Below are positions 1 through 11,082 of a stretch of 64,000 nucleotides of DNA, in pieces; position 1 is the first letter of the stretch, and each line of letters begins with the position of its first letter. The notes under the pieces were generated by a model. The model was not told the DNA's origin. It made no database searches and was given only the letters and a program-made list of their open reading frames with translations. A program made the position numbers and the translations under genes. Source of the DNA: Iphione sp. A-MEVVRFRX5 (taxonomy: Eukaryota); NCBI GenBank assembly GCA_976226885.1, contig OZ320314.1:95046001-95110000 (forward strand), read 5' to 3'.

Positions 1-899
1 AAGCAAGACATTATATTATATTGTCATAAAATGCTTGATTCCCCACCAATTTTAGTTTATGGGGAGTTTTCCAGTGTTTGGAGGGCTTGGCTTAAGGTAT
101 CTACACAAAGGTGTTACTGGAATTAGTTATGAAACTTGTCCAAACACTTATAGTTCTCAAACAATTGGAATACCACAGTATATAAACGTTTGCATTTGAA
201 ATGTATAACATTCCTGATGTCAGCATGTTAGAAAAAGTGAAAAAAATATAAAACTAGCCGCCGGGCTTTGTTCGAGGTTCAAATAAGTTTTGGCATTGCT
301 CTTGACATGCCTTGCCAAACTTTTACCATCAGATTACCATCTGAAAGTTTAGTTTATCCTAGTCTGGTTGATTGATTTAGTTTTCGTGTTGAGAAAAATA
401 GAATGACTGGTCATTATAGCCATTTTAGGTAAAGAAACGCTCATTTTTTTATTTGTTCATGTTGACAGACAATTACGTGTAGTAGACCACAGATCCAACA
501 ACGATTCTATTTATGATATCATTATATACAGAATGTGACAAAGGGATATAAATGTGCACACATCAAGTAGAAAAGTGATTAGGAGAGGCCTAGTAAGTGT
601 GATAATGGTGTAAACTCGTACTTGTAATCTCTATAACACTATTTTGTGTCTCGATTATTCCCTTGCGGGATGGTTTATTTGGTGAAGAGATGTTAGGTTC
701 TTGTAAAAGGATACCTCATATCAGTCCCAAAGGATTTACACTAGAATTTGCTACTGAGACTTTGGGTACATATTTTCCTTCACTGTTACTTTTACCATCA
801 GCTAGTTGTAACCACCGAAATGCACCCCTCATCTCATATGCTGCGATGTCTATGGTGCACCCATTTCATGCAACTTTAGCTAGTCTTTTGTCGCCAGGT

Positions 900-1600
900 T
901 CAGTTTACCTCCTAGCATCCTGAAAAAGCTTTGCTTCTTCTCCCATGTCATTTTTTTGGCCAGGCGGAAGTCATTCCACAGCAGACTACCTTGATGAATA
1001 ACGTCCCGTCCTGGGGAGATCCATCTTGTCCATGTCATGCCTTCTCAGGTTAGCCCCCAGGCGTCTCTCTTTCGGTGTTACTGAAGAATCTACCACACAC
1101 TCTTAGGAGAATACCAGCAGGCCTGCTTGACGTACAGTGTATAGGTCCGGATCTATCCTATGTCCTAGAATCCTTCATGGTGGGTCTAGTGCAATCATAA
1201 CCTTCTTCCTGAATGGCAAGACCAGCCTTTAGTAAGCATCTTTCTATATTGTTAACTTCTCCAACTCAGGGAGGTAAAGGAGACGCTGTTTTAAATAAAA
1301 AGTTCCTCCTAGAAAGATGTATCTAAGGATATAGATCTCACTCCTTTGAAAGATGAACAAAAACTAGCATATCTATAGTGGCAAGAACAGAGTGACTTTC
1401 TTCATTCTTGAGACACGGGTGAGGCGGTCCAATAAAATGGTGGCAAGTTGGAACAAAAGATGAATATTCATCAGCTGGTATTCAAGTTCTCAGGTAGGTG
1501 TGCTGGCTAGGGTGTTAACTGGACGGAGGTGGAACCAACCTGCCAACCACCAATATTAACTCCATTCATGTCAGGGGCCAACAATATGTTGGTCTTCAAC
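900..1600 (-). mobile_element. Highly decayed 3' (post-RT) remnant of a CR1/L2-group LINE ORF2
   Basis: Minus-strand translation gives IHQGSLLWNDFRLAKKMTWEKKQSFFRML, resembling the terminal 'YQGxxxWNxL...KxSFKxxL' motif of the ORF at 30480-31148. Many stops and frameshifts; boundaries approximate. Confidence 0.4.
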
Positions 1601-1890
1601 ATAACAAATGCATGTATATAATGTACTTGGACAAGAGAAAGAGCAAGGTTCTCGATATTGTTCTAATTGTTCCATTTATTGTTATATGTTTCGTAGGAAG
1701 TGGTATCAGTTGGGTCCGCATTTCCATAATGACCCGCTGGTATTAAATTCTGAAGGAGTTATTTACATAATTATTAAGAAAAAAGAAATTATGTTCGTGC
1801 GTGGCTATGGTCGATAGCGAATGTCCAAAATTGTCTGTTTCTCATATCGTGTTACACTGTGGCCTATACATGTACATATAACAAGGAGTA

Positions 1891-2746
1891 CAGTGGAACC
1901 TCAGTTTAAAGACAGCATGTGATCAGCCAGGCCGATACAGGCAAGGATCCACTGACTATTGCAAGATCAGTTGATGTGCTGATGGCCATCAACTGTGTCG
2001 AGGCTGCCATCATGGAGGCGAAGAGTAGCACAGTTAATGGATGCTTCCAGAGGTGTGGGGTGAAACCATTGTCCCCTGAGGACACTATAATGAAAGGGAG
2101 GATGACCCTCCATTGGGTAAGCTGGTGAAGGGGGCCGAGCAGAACCTAGGACTGGGTGATCCTCTCCCTCCCAGGAGCACCTTGACATGGACTGGCCAGC
2201 CTATGATTTCATGGACAAGGACTGGGAAGATAAACTGTTGCATTTAACCAAGGGGTGCCAGAATTCTAGCCAACAGACAGAGGGAGAAGAGGATAAAGAA
2301 AAGAAGCATGATATATCAAGAACTTACTCCTACTCTGACCAGAATGAGAGATTATTGAGCAACGAGAGGGTTTTTCAAGAAACATGGATACTGCTTTCAA
2401 CCTGCTCCAGGTGCATAGTGAGGCGACCACGTGGAAGAAGATGAAAAAGATTGTACGACCCACCATCTCTACCTACTTCAAGAACTCATGAGCTGTTTCC
2501 AATTCGATGCCAATTTATTGTGTTTGGCATGTATATTGTCTATTCATTGTTAGTTCTTGCCTGATTCCCCTTACAACATATCACGTTCATTATTGTTTCT
2601 GCATAATAAATGTTTCAACTTTGATTATGACTTGTTTTGTTACATTTTTACTATATTTCTACTACATTTTCGGCTACTGAGAGCACCCCTACTGAAGACC
2701 CAATGTCAAAAGTCCCTCCAAGGTCCGTAGTAAAGAAGTTCCACTG
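1891..2746 (+). mobile_element. Internally deleted pogo/Tigger-like (Tc1/mariner superfamily) DNA transposon
   Basis: TA|CAGTGGAACCTC at 1889-1902 and GAAGTTCCACTG|TA ending 2746-2748 (12-bp TIR, 1 mismatch, TA TSD). Internal peptide IARSVDVLMAINCVEAAIMEAKSSTVNGCFQRCGV (about 1955-2060) resembles the C-terminal part of pogo/Tigger DDE_1 transposases. Confidence 0.7.
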
Positions 2747-3177
2747 TATGCAGTACGTACCAGTCTCCTTCAATGCCGCTGGCTAGTTGTAAGCACGACA
2801 TGGCTGGAGCAGTGTAGAAGAACCAAACTCTTTGGGGCCAGAGTAGACGCTCGGTCCTTTGTATAATATTACACGTTTGAAGTTACAAACACACCTTCGG
2901 ATAACAGACATTATTCTGAGCTGTTGTTCACGAAGTTAATATTCCAGGATCATGCCATCCAGGGGATATTACACTCAGTGTTAAAGGGATCAGAAGGAAT
3001 CCAGAGGCAGAGGAGTCAGAACTAGTATAAAACCAGGTGTGCAAATTAAGAAAACACTCATCTTCACTCGTTATCTGACTGCATCAGTACTTGATCACCA
3101 CATGTGTAGAATTTAAAATTTCACAGCAATTCTAAAAAGGGTACTTTAGGCAATATCTCACAATCGTTTTCTTTGAA

Positions 3178-3456
3178 TTAATATCTATAGTGGCAATTCA
3201 TATTTTTATCTGACATGTTACCATTCGAGGCCAAAACTGTTGACACCAGATCCTCCAGGCGAGCCATACAGTTAGATAATTCCACGAAATAACCATTACC
3301 ATCAGGCGATCCAGATGAAATATTATTTTTCTCTGAAATAGTGCTTTTACCATGAAATTCCGACGACGATTCATCAACATCATCTGTAATGAAATGACAA
3401 TTCTTTCCAGTAGGAGCATCATGCCTCCTCTCACATTTGGAACATTGTCTACCCAT
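3178..3456 (-). pseudogene. N-terminal fragment of a DIRS/Ngaro-like (tyrosine-recombinase retrotransposon) gag/ORF1
   Basis: MGRQCSKCERRHDAPTGKNC: an N-terminal C-x2-C-x3-H-x-x-PTG-x-x-C motif that I recognise from invertebrate DIRS-like ORF1 proteins, followed by a low-complexity S/D/E linker. No downstream RT/YR recognised. Confidence 0.4.
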
Positions 3457-4221
3457 GTTGAAAAATTGAAAATTCAAAGAATCGTCTCGTTGATAGATTC
3501 ATGTCTGCTCTCAACGAAAAATCCAATCTGAATAAGGGTAGTGAATATACCAATATCCAAATATATGTCTTATTTGTCATAGGTATTGATCGATAAATGT
3601 GTAAATTGTGATCTGTTTAATATAGACTTTTATCTCTGTTTTTATAAATGTCTAAACGCAAGCATAATTGCTATCATAATTGTCCGTACTGAGTCAGTAT
3701 GGATGATACATGAGACTATTGTTACCACGACAGATGTGCTCCGACAGAACAGAGTATATCACTTCGATCCCTTGATAATATATTTGTATAATTATCAAAG
3801 GCTAGAGGCAATCCTTTGGGCCGTCAAGTTAGGAGAATAAATGGGACATTAGATAAACATGAAATTCTTCTAGTCCGATAGAATTCCTTTGGACGGCGTA
3901 AATGGGGCATTATTTGAGACTGCAAGCCACAAAGGAAAATAGACCCAGCTCCAGGCGTCATGCGGTGAGGGATATTAATCCAATATGAACACGGCCTTTG
4001 TCCGGCAACACAAAGGCAGAATTTGATAAACGGTTCTGGGCACCAAACACGGCACAATGGTATGGCCAGGAGAGGGGAAACTTAATTTATGTTTTATTCG
4101 CCACGATTTACGTGAAAGCGTCTGAATGCATGATGCTTAATGCATGAGCTGGGCAGACTAGATTTATTTCGCACAACCCAGTATCCATGGTTTCATCTCT
4201 TAATCACCCACGGCATGCATT

Positions 4222-4223
<2 letters not shown>

Positions 4224-4262
<39 letters not shown>
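4224..4262. repeat. (CT)n microsatellite
   Basis: About 19 uninterrupted TC units. Confidence 0.98.
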
Positions 4263-4265
<3 letters not shown>

Positions 4266-5350
4266 AAACATAGCTACTCTTTATACCATCTTTCGCCCTA
4301 GTAATTCTGATCTAGTAGATAACTCTGATATGCCTCCAACTGAAATCTCTTAGATTGGATGTTACAAAAAGTTGTTTGGAGTTTCATGAATCTGGAACTA
4401 GTTTTCAGTGAACGAAGTTGTGGGACATGGATCTGTTCAGTATTTACATTTTGGTCAATGCGTCCCTGAATCATGTTATAGAAAAAAAATATCTGATGGC
4501 GATATATGATTGCCATTAAAGACCTGTATGATATCAGTGCTGCGAATGCGCTATGTTAACAGTTAAGGGGTTTCAGTAAATGGTGTAGTAGTACTCTAGT
4601 AATTACTCTTCAAACCAGGATTATGAAGTGTTTGTTCACGCAGAATGTAACAAGCGTTGTGCGGCAACACCAGCCTGAGCTAGATTTACTTTATCGTTGA
4701 AGATGTGTGTATGTCTATACTACACCGACATATAACTTGCACCTAACCAGAAGCAAACATCATATTCATTTATTCCTTTTACATCGGAGGTCTTGGCTTC
4801 TTCCGTCAGTGTGCAAAGAGTTTTAACAATCTGATCGTATATACATTGTATATATGCATTCAGTATGATGTGAGCATGGGCACAAACGTGTTCATATACT
4901 GTACGCGTGTACTGCATATAAAGATACATACCTATATGTGTGCATGTAATCGGTTACACGATTCGTAAATTACAGCCATAACTACCCAAAAGGAAATACA
5001 ATACTTTGTTTAAGACAATGCACCTGCTCGTGTTTATCTAGAGAGAAGCTTTGCCACGGTTAAGCTAACAACTTCGCAAGCGAGACGTGATGGTGCAAGA
5101 CGTCGGCGACAATAAGAGGGGGTGCCGTATTGAGATGCGTTGACCTTTCAGCAATGATGCATACAGCTGTTGCTCTGGAAACACCACAGGGGAACACGAA
5201 GAGAGCACCATACCCTCTTGAGGTATACACCGGCACTTTAGTATCTCCCAATCGGCTTGCTAGTTTAATAAGACCGGCCCCCCTACGATTATACACATTA
5301 CGTCGATCGCGTCTTTGGTGGATCAAGGTTAACCGATGTATACACTTTCT

Positions 5351-5439
5351 CAGCCACCAGGGGGCTAAGCAATCGGCGGCTTGCGGAGACACCATTACTC
5401 CGCCTGGTGGCAGATCTTAGGTGTGGTTGTCATGGCAAC
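5351..5439. promoter_or_regulatory. Candidate cis-regulatory module: two opposed CTCF-like motifs plus an RFX X-box
   Basis: CAGCCACCAGGGGGCTAA (5351-5368, +); CTCCGCCTGGTGGCAG (5398-5413, CTCF-like on -); near-palindromic X-box GTTGTCATGGCAAC (5426-5439). Motif match only. Confidence 0.4.
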
Positions 5440-8400
5440 TTCCTACCGTCCTGATCACGTGATAATTCCTAATGGGCTGCCGACCGAGCACATTAGAAGT
5501 CCCGCATGATCCTTTCAGGGGTGGGATAACTCCTTTGGCTTGCTTGCCTCTTATTTTAATGCCCGTTTCCAACAAAGTACACATGGCACTGCGCTATGTT
5601 TCCTTGGGCAATACTGCGCATGCATGGGCGTGAAAGTGCAGGCTTTCATGTTGAATTAAACGGGGATGCCTTCCTCTGAGCCTTAAAAGCATAGGGTCAT
5701 TCTTGATGTAAACAAAGTTTATAGGAAAGGGCTCTTCCTCACTTGGTACCATCATCATTCTCCTGCTGGTGGCCATCAAACATGTTAACCTGTTCACTGA
5801 TGGATCTAGACAATATTTTCAATAAATACGGATATACTAAGTACATGTACTAGTAATCCCTTTTTCTCTTTTTTCTCAATTTTTCTATATACTCTAGCAA
5901 TGCCAACTCCTCTATTCCGGCTATGTGTAATTAATATGAAATCTGTTCCGCCTGTATGTCATATGAGCATTATCATGTCCAAATAGGTGGCACTAACAAG
6001 CGTGTAACAGAGGTGCGTTGAAGTTGTCTTTGTAAATGTATTTGAATCCTTCCTTAAGCCTCAGTTTCAGCTTCTCTCACGAGGCCCTTTCCTTTATTTC
6101 GCCTCTGATTGATGTCTATCTCCTATGAATGGTGTTTTATTGTAACGTGCGAGCCCTGTTCTGACCATCGGAGATCACTCGACTCTCAGAAGCCATCAAG
6201 CCATGATTACCCTCAGGGTATGTTGAACCCGAAAAGATCACAACACTGCTGTCTCTTTTGGGGGGTGTTTTATTTGTGGCCCATTTGTGGCTAGAGACAT
6301 CTGGCGGTGTCCATCTCATATATGACCGCTGTGGCTGGGACGATGGATTAGGAGATCCCGAGCCGAAATGGGATAGGGAAGGGATAGCATTAGGTAGTTG
6401 GGACGATGAGTCATTGGTCTTCCACGTCCTGGCGCTGGCTATTTTTGCGGCATTGGCAACAAATGCCATTAATAAGGTGGCCTCTAGCGCAGGGAATCGA
6501 GAGTGACGGACTATTAATTGTCTGTCCCGTGATTTTAAAAGAATCTTCATCAGAACTGTTTCTGGCGATACAAATGTACGTGTACATGTTCGCTGCTGCT
6601 GTTTCTTCTTCAATGTTCAGTGCAGAATAACACGAGTGTTACATCAGTGTCCTTGGAGATCTACTATTCAAATATCATTTTCGTTGTATAGGCTGTCTAG
6701 TCGGTTGAGAGGTGACTGGGAACAGCACAGGCTTCAGTCACAACAATACCTACAACGTGATGTATCTGGTGCGGCCGTTGAATAATTCAAGTACGATCTT
6801 GTCTGTCGTGAAAACAATCAATTCCCGACACCGATAGCTGTTCTCAAAACAAACCCCAGAGGACACAGGGTAATAAATGTCCTTCTTTGATGAATTATGT
6901 TCCAATTAGGAAAAGTCACGTAACACAGATATATCGGGGACAGTGTCATTTCCTCCCATACGGTGGAGAGAACTTTTTGGGCTCAATCACTCAATTCTCC
7001 CGGCATAATTGAAGTGGAATCTGGTTTGAGACACATAAGCGATATGGCAGTCTATGTACTCCCAGGGTGCAGGAAGGCAGCAGGGTATTTATTCCCTTTG
7101 GATGGGCAAAATGCATATACAAGTAGTGGGTCAGTGGAGAGCTCTAGGTCTGAAAGCATCATCCGCCGCCATATTGTTTATTCAAAAGCAAGCAGCAAGT
7201 CTGCAAGGCAATCACCCCACCCCGGGTACAAGAGCCATTATGAAGCTGTGTTTGCCTTAGTAGACATGATTCATATCAGATGTGGCTTCGCCACGCGAAA
7301 ACGCACTATGCGGCGTATACATTTCTGCGGCCGTTTGACTCAGTTTTAACATATGGCAGGCTTAATTTCGTTAAGATTCCTTGTGTTTATGCATCACATC
7401 TGAGCTGCACCCTGGTTTCAGGTTAATTTACCCGTTGGTCTCGGATTCCTTCTGCTTTCTACTGTCTGGTGTAGAGCATATAATGTTTATGGCAACTAAG
7501 AGGACAACTGAAAAAGAGAAGCGATGGTAGGGTACGAGAGGAATTCATGTAGGAGTTCCAGGCCACTAAAAACTGGGAAGTGACGATTGTCTCGGAGAAA
7601 GCGGTCTAGAAGGGACTAACAAGAAGTTATATTCAGAGAGTGTTAATGCATTTTTGCCTACGAACGCTCTATAGAAATATAAAGCTGAAGGCTAATGTTT
7701 CGTGAACACTGAGACAGACGCACTAAGGTGATGGCCTTCTTCTACACTAATGCATGAAAGAAAGTCTACAAAACTCCAGTTGAATATGAAAATTGAGTAT
7801 ACCGGGCAGAAATGGCACATGGATCCAGCGGATGCATATGATTTCAAGTCTGACGAACTTTGATGCTTTCATTTTGGCCGGGTATCGGTTGAAGGGTAAG
7901 CTTCAAGGCGGACAGGGACAGAGGCCGGCTACGCGGTCGGGTGCCTGTTCTGACGGGAGGAAGTAGCGATGCTGTCATGTTAACGCTGACGTTATTAGCT
8001 CAGCGCCGCACACCCGACGTCAGGAACCTATCGCCGCCGCTGCGAGTTGCGTTTGAAGGATACTAGCCACAGCTCGGAACAGCTTGGAACAGCTCGGGAA
8101 GATACGATAGGGCACGAAAACTGTTAGCAAACTTTAAAGGAAGGGGCGATCTTTTCGTCATAGTGGAACAAGTGACGAATAGTGAGTGGATGAGAACGAA
8201 TAAAAGAAGGGAGCGGGCATTAAGACGAGACAGGGAAAGGCCAAGAATATCAGAGATAGACATACATGCGCAAAAGTATGATGAGAAGAATGGCATAAAT
8301 TACATCTAGTGAAGAGATAAACAGTGATTCCGATGAATGGCCATGCAGCTGATGAAAGAGCTAGAGGTACGAGGCGGTTGTAACGTTTAAGTAACATTTA

Positions 8401-9399
8401 GGCGGTTTTTCCATATATCCGAAAATTCTGCAGTGGGTGCGGAGGGAACGGATGATCCCGGAACATTGTGCGTGAAGGCCTTTCCATGTGTGTGTAGCCA
8501 ATACAATAGATGAAACGACCCCTAGAGGCACTGCTGAGAACTGATATTGGTAGAAAATAATAGCATCACACACCACACATGGATCCAGGGCCGTCAAGAC
8601 CCAGCATTGCTGGTTTCGCTTCACGCACACGTATCCAGGTGCGTGAAGTACGCACACATGGGTATGATATATTGAAATACAGTGAGCTGGGTTATCACAC
8701 ACTGACGGCCCCAGTTCCGTGTGCGTAATCTACGTGCACATGGAAAGACCACCTAATACAATGGCCATCTCTGTTTGAATGGACAAAACTAAGACCGCCA
8801 CGTATTTGTTAATGGCTACAGGTACATACGACACATTATATCGTTCACTCTTCTCTTCCATAATGATGTTTTAAAAAACAGAATGTTGTTAGGCTGGATT
8901 TATATGTATCTTTCATCGAGCTACACATCCGTTTGCATTTCTATTACTTCACTGCATGAGCTCAACATAGCTATTCACATGCATATATTAGCATAACTAA
9001 CAGATCCACTCACGTTTCTGTCCTGGGCAGGTTATCACACAACACACTCAATGATCCAATAGAGATGCACTGTAGACGATATCTGGTTACCATGTAGAGC
9101 TCATTAATGCATGTGTTTACACACAAAATAATCAAGCCACTGGATGTCGCTACAGTTGCTAGTTATTGCTGATGAGTGGCGCCCCTCCCCCCCCCCTTTT
9201 GTATTGGCGAGTAGGCGGTTTCGCGCGACTTACATGCCAGTTGGCATTTGAATTTTGGTCTGTGCAGACGCATACAAGTGTAGTAGCTCCAGCACACCAT
9301 GCCTGACACACAAGGGAAAGATTCATCTGAGCATGATATCACAACAGAACAGATCATGCACAAGATATTGGAGAAAAAAGAAGAGTTAGAAAAAAAGGT

Positions 9400-10160
9400 T
9401 TGACAAATTTTCCCTCAGCCAAACCACAGAAGCAGAGGACGAAGGCCATACAGTCTCAGCCAGCCGTCACCACATGGGCAGCAGCAGCGAAGGCCCACGC
9501 AGGGCAACCTTCCACTCAAGAAGCCCAGCCTGCTCCCAGTACCTCCCAGGAGCTACAGGAAATGCATGCCGATGAACAGCCGTCTTTAACACAGAAGGAC
9601 CAGGTACCAATGCCATCAGCCATCAAAGCACAAGAAGCAGGCCACATTCAAGAAATTTTTATCACGATGACAATAATGCAAAGACAATAATGCTTCTAAG
9701 ATAAGAAAGGCCTCCTTCCCACATTATGTTGCCGGAGTCATGTCCCTATTGTTAGGCCCGATGGTTGTATACCCCGCAGACTACCTACTGCTGCTTGAAC
9801 TTGTGAGAGATGTGGCAGAGGAAGCCCAAGCCACGGGATGGGATGCTATCAAGGACTGGGCCCATGAGGTCTGAACTAGCACAACGAACGACCGCCTGAA
9901 GTGGGACGATTATGATCGGATTCAGACCTTGAAACACAGGTCAATCTCAGTCCATAACAACGAGACAAGAGCTTAGTTTCTCCTCCCAAACAAGGAGAAT
10001 ATCGTGCCCTGTCCTAGATGGAACTACGCGAAATGTCCCCACCACTCCCCACACATGTCTGATGACTTTTTCTTTTATCATATTTGCCCGTTTTGTTTTG
10101 TCATTTCAAATAAGCAGATGGATCACAAGGCCGATCAGTGCAAATCAAAGAAGCAAACCC
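9400..10160 (+). pseudogene. Degenerate DIRS/Ngaro-like gag ORF with C-terminal Cys/His zinc-finger cluster
   Basis: One frame from about 9700 reads SFPHYVAGVMSLL...ELVRDVAEEAQATGWDAIKDWAHEV*...LKWDDYDRIQTLK...CPRWNYAKCPHHSPH...YHICPFC...DHKADQC. This matches the W..W..W core and 'C..xN..C....H...H.C..C...H....C' finger of DIRS/Ngaro gag. Two in-frame stops. Confidence 0.6.
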
Positions 10161-10892
10161 ATCCGCCTGCCACACAAGTTTCTAAGCACAGCCCACAGTA
10201 GAACGAATACCGACGCCAGAGGCAAGACATGGAGTGGTATACAAACCTATCACTCAATTACAGTCAACACTACAAGACCAAGAGACCGGGCATAATCCTC
10301 TGTCCAACCGGTATTCACCATTAATTGACTTTGATTTTAACCATGATTGTCCCCAATGTGTTGCATCCCATGATATTTGTTCAAATTATATTGACTCCAT
10401 GTTAATGTCTCGCTGCTGTATGTCTGATGTTTTCAATCCTCTATCCGCCAATCACACCACTCTACTCGCATACCGTGCTCTCAAAAGGGCCATCTTGATT
10501 TCAGTCTCCAAAGACTACCATGTATTAGTTTCATGTTGTACTCCTTTGATATATTGTGTATTTGTAGTATTCAGTCTCAAGAGACTGTTATTATCCCATT
10601 CCTTTTTGTGTTGTCTTCTATTTGGGTACAGAACGATGATGGCCAATACCGTGAAAAATACAATGAATAAATGTAAAAGCCACCTTATCACAGAGAACTC
10701 AGTAATATTTCATCAAAATACATTCTTTGAAAGATTCTTGGTCAGATATACTTTTAACAACTCCTTGGATATGGACAACATCTGTGAAAATATCACTTAT
10801 CCTTTCGAGGTGCCAGCCTTAGAATCAAACTAATCAAAGGATGTTGAGAGGTAATCAAGACATTCTTAGGGGAGAGCATAATACCTTTAATT

Positions 10893-11082
10893 ATTCATTT
10901 TTCATTTCATTTCATTGTATCTTTAACCAGGAATATATTCACATATCATCAGGACGCCCATGAGTTGTGGACCACTGGGCTACAGTAAATCTGGTCGTGA
11001 TCAAGAGTCCCAAGCCCAGGATTGAACCTGCGACCTCTCAATCAGTGGTCCAGTGCTCTACCACTGAGCTGACTCCCCAGCC
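10893..11082 (-). mobile_element. tRNA-derived SINE with (ATGAA)n-like tail
   Basis: Minus strand GGCTGGGGAGTCAGCTCAGTGGTAGAGCAC...GGTTCAATCC: Pol III A box (11055-11072) and B box (11019-11028) at tRNA-like spacing. No proper anticodon or acceptor stems. About 100 nt unrelated body, then an AATGAAATGAAATGAAAAATGAA tail. Confidence 0.8.

Noticed and set aside
10234-10833. 199-aa ORF as a host gene
   Set aside because: No recognisable domain; lies between a decayed gag and a SINE, so it is more likely TE debris or chance.
11010-11082. Possible tRNA gene
   Set aside because: A and B boxes are present but anticodon and acceptor stems do not pair, and it continues into a body and repeat tail; called a SINE.
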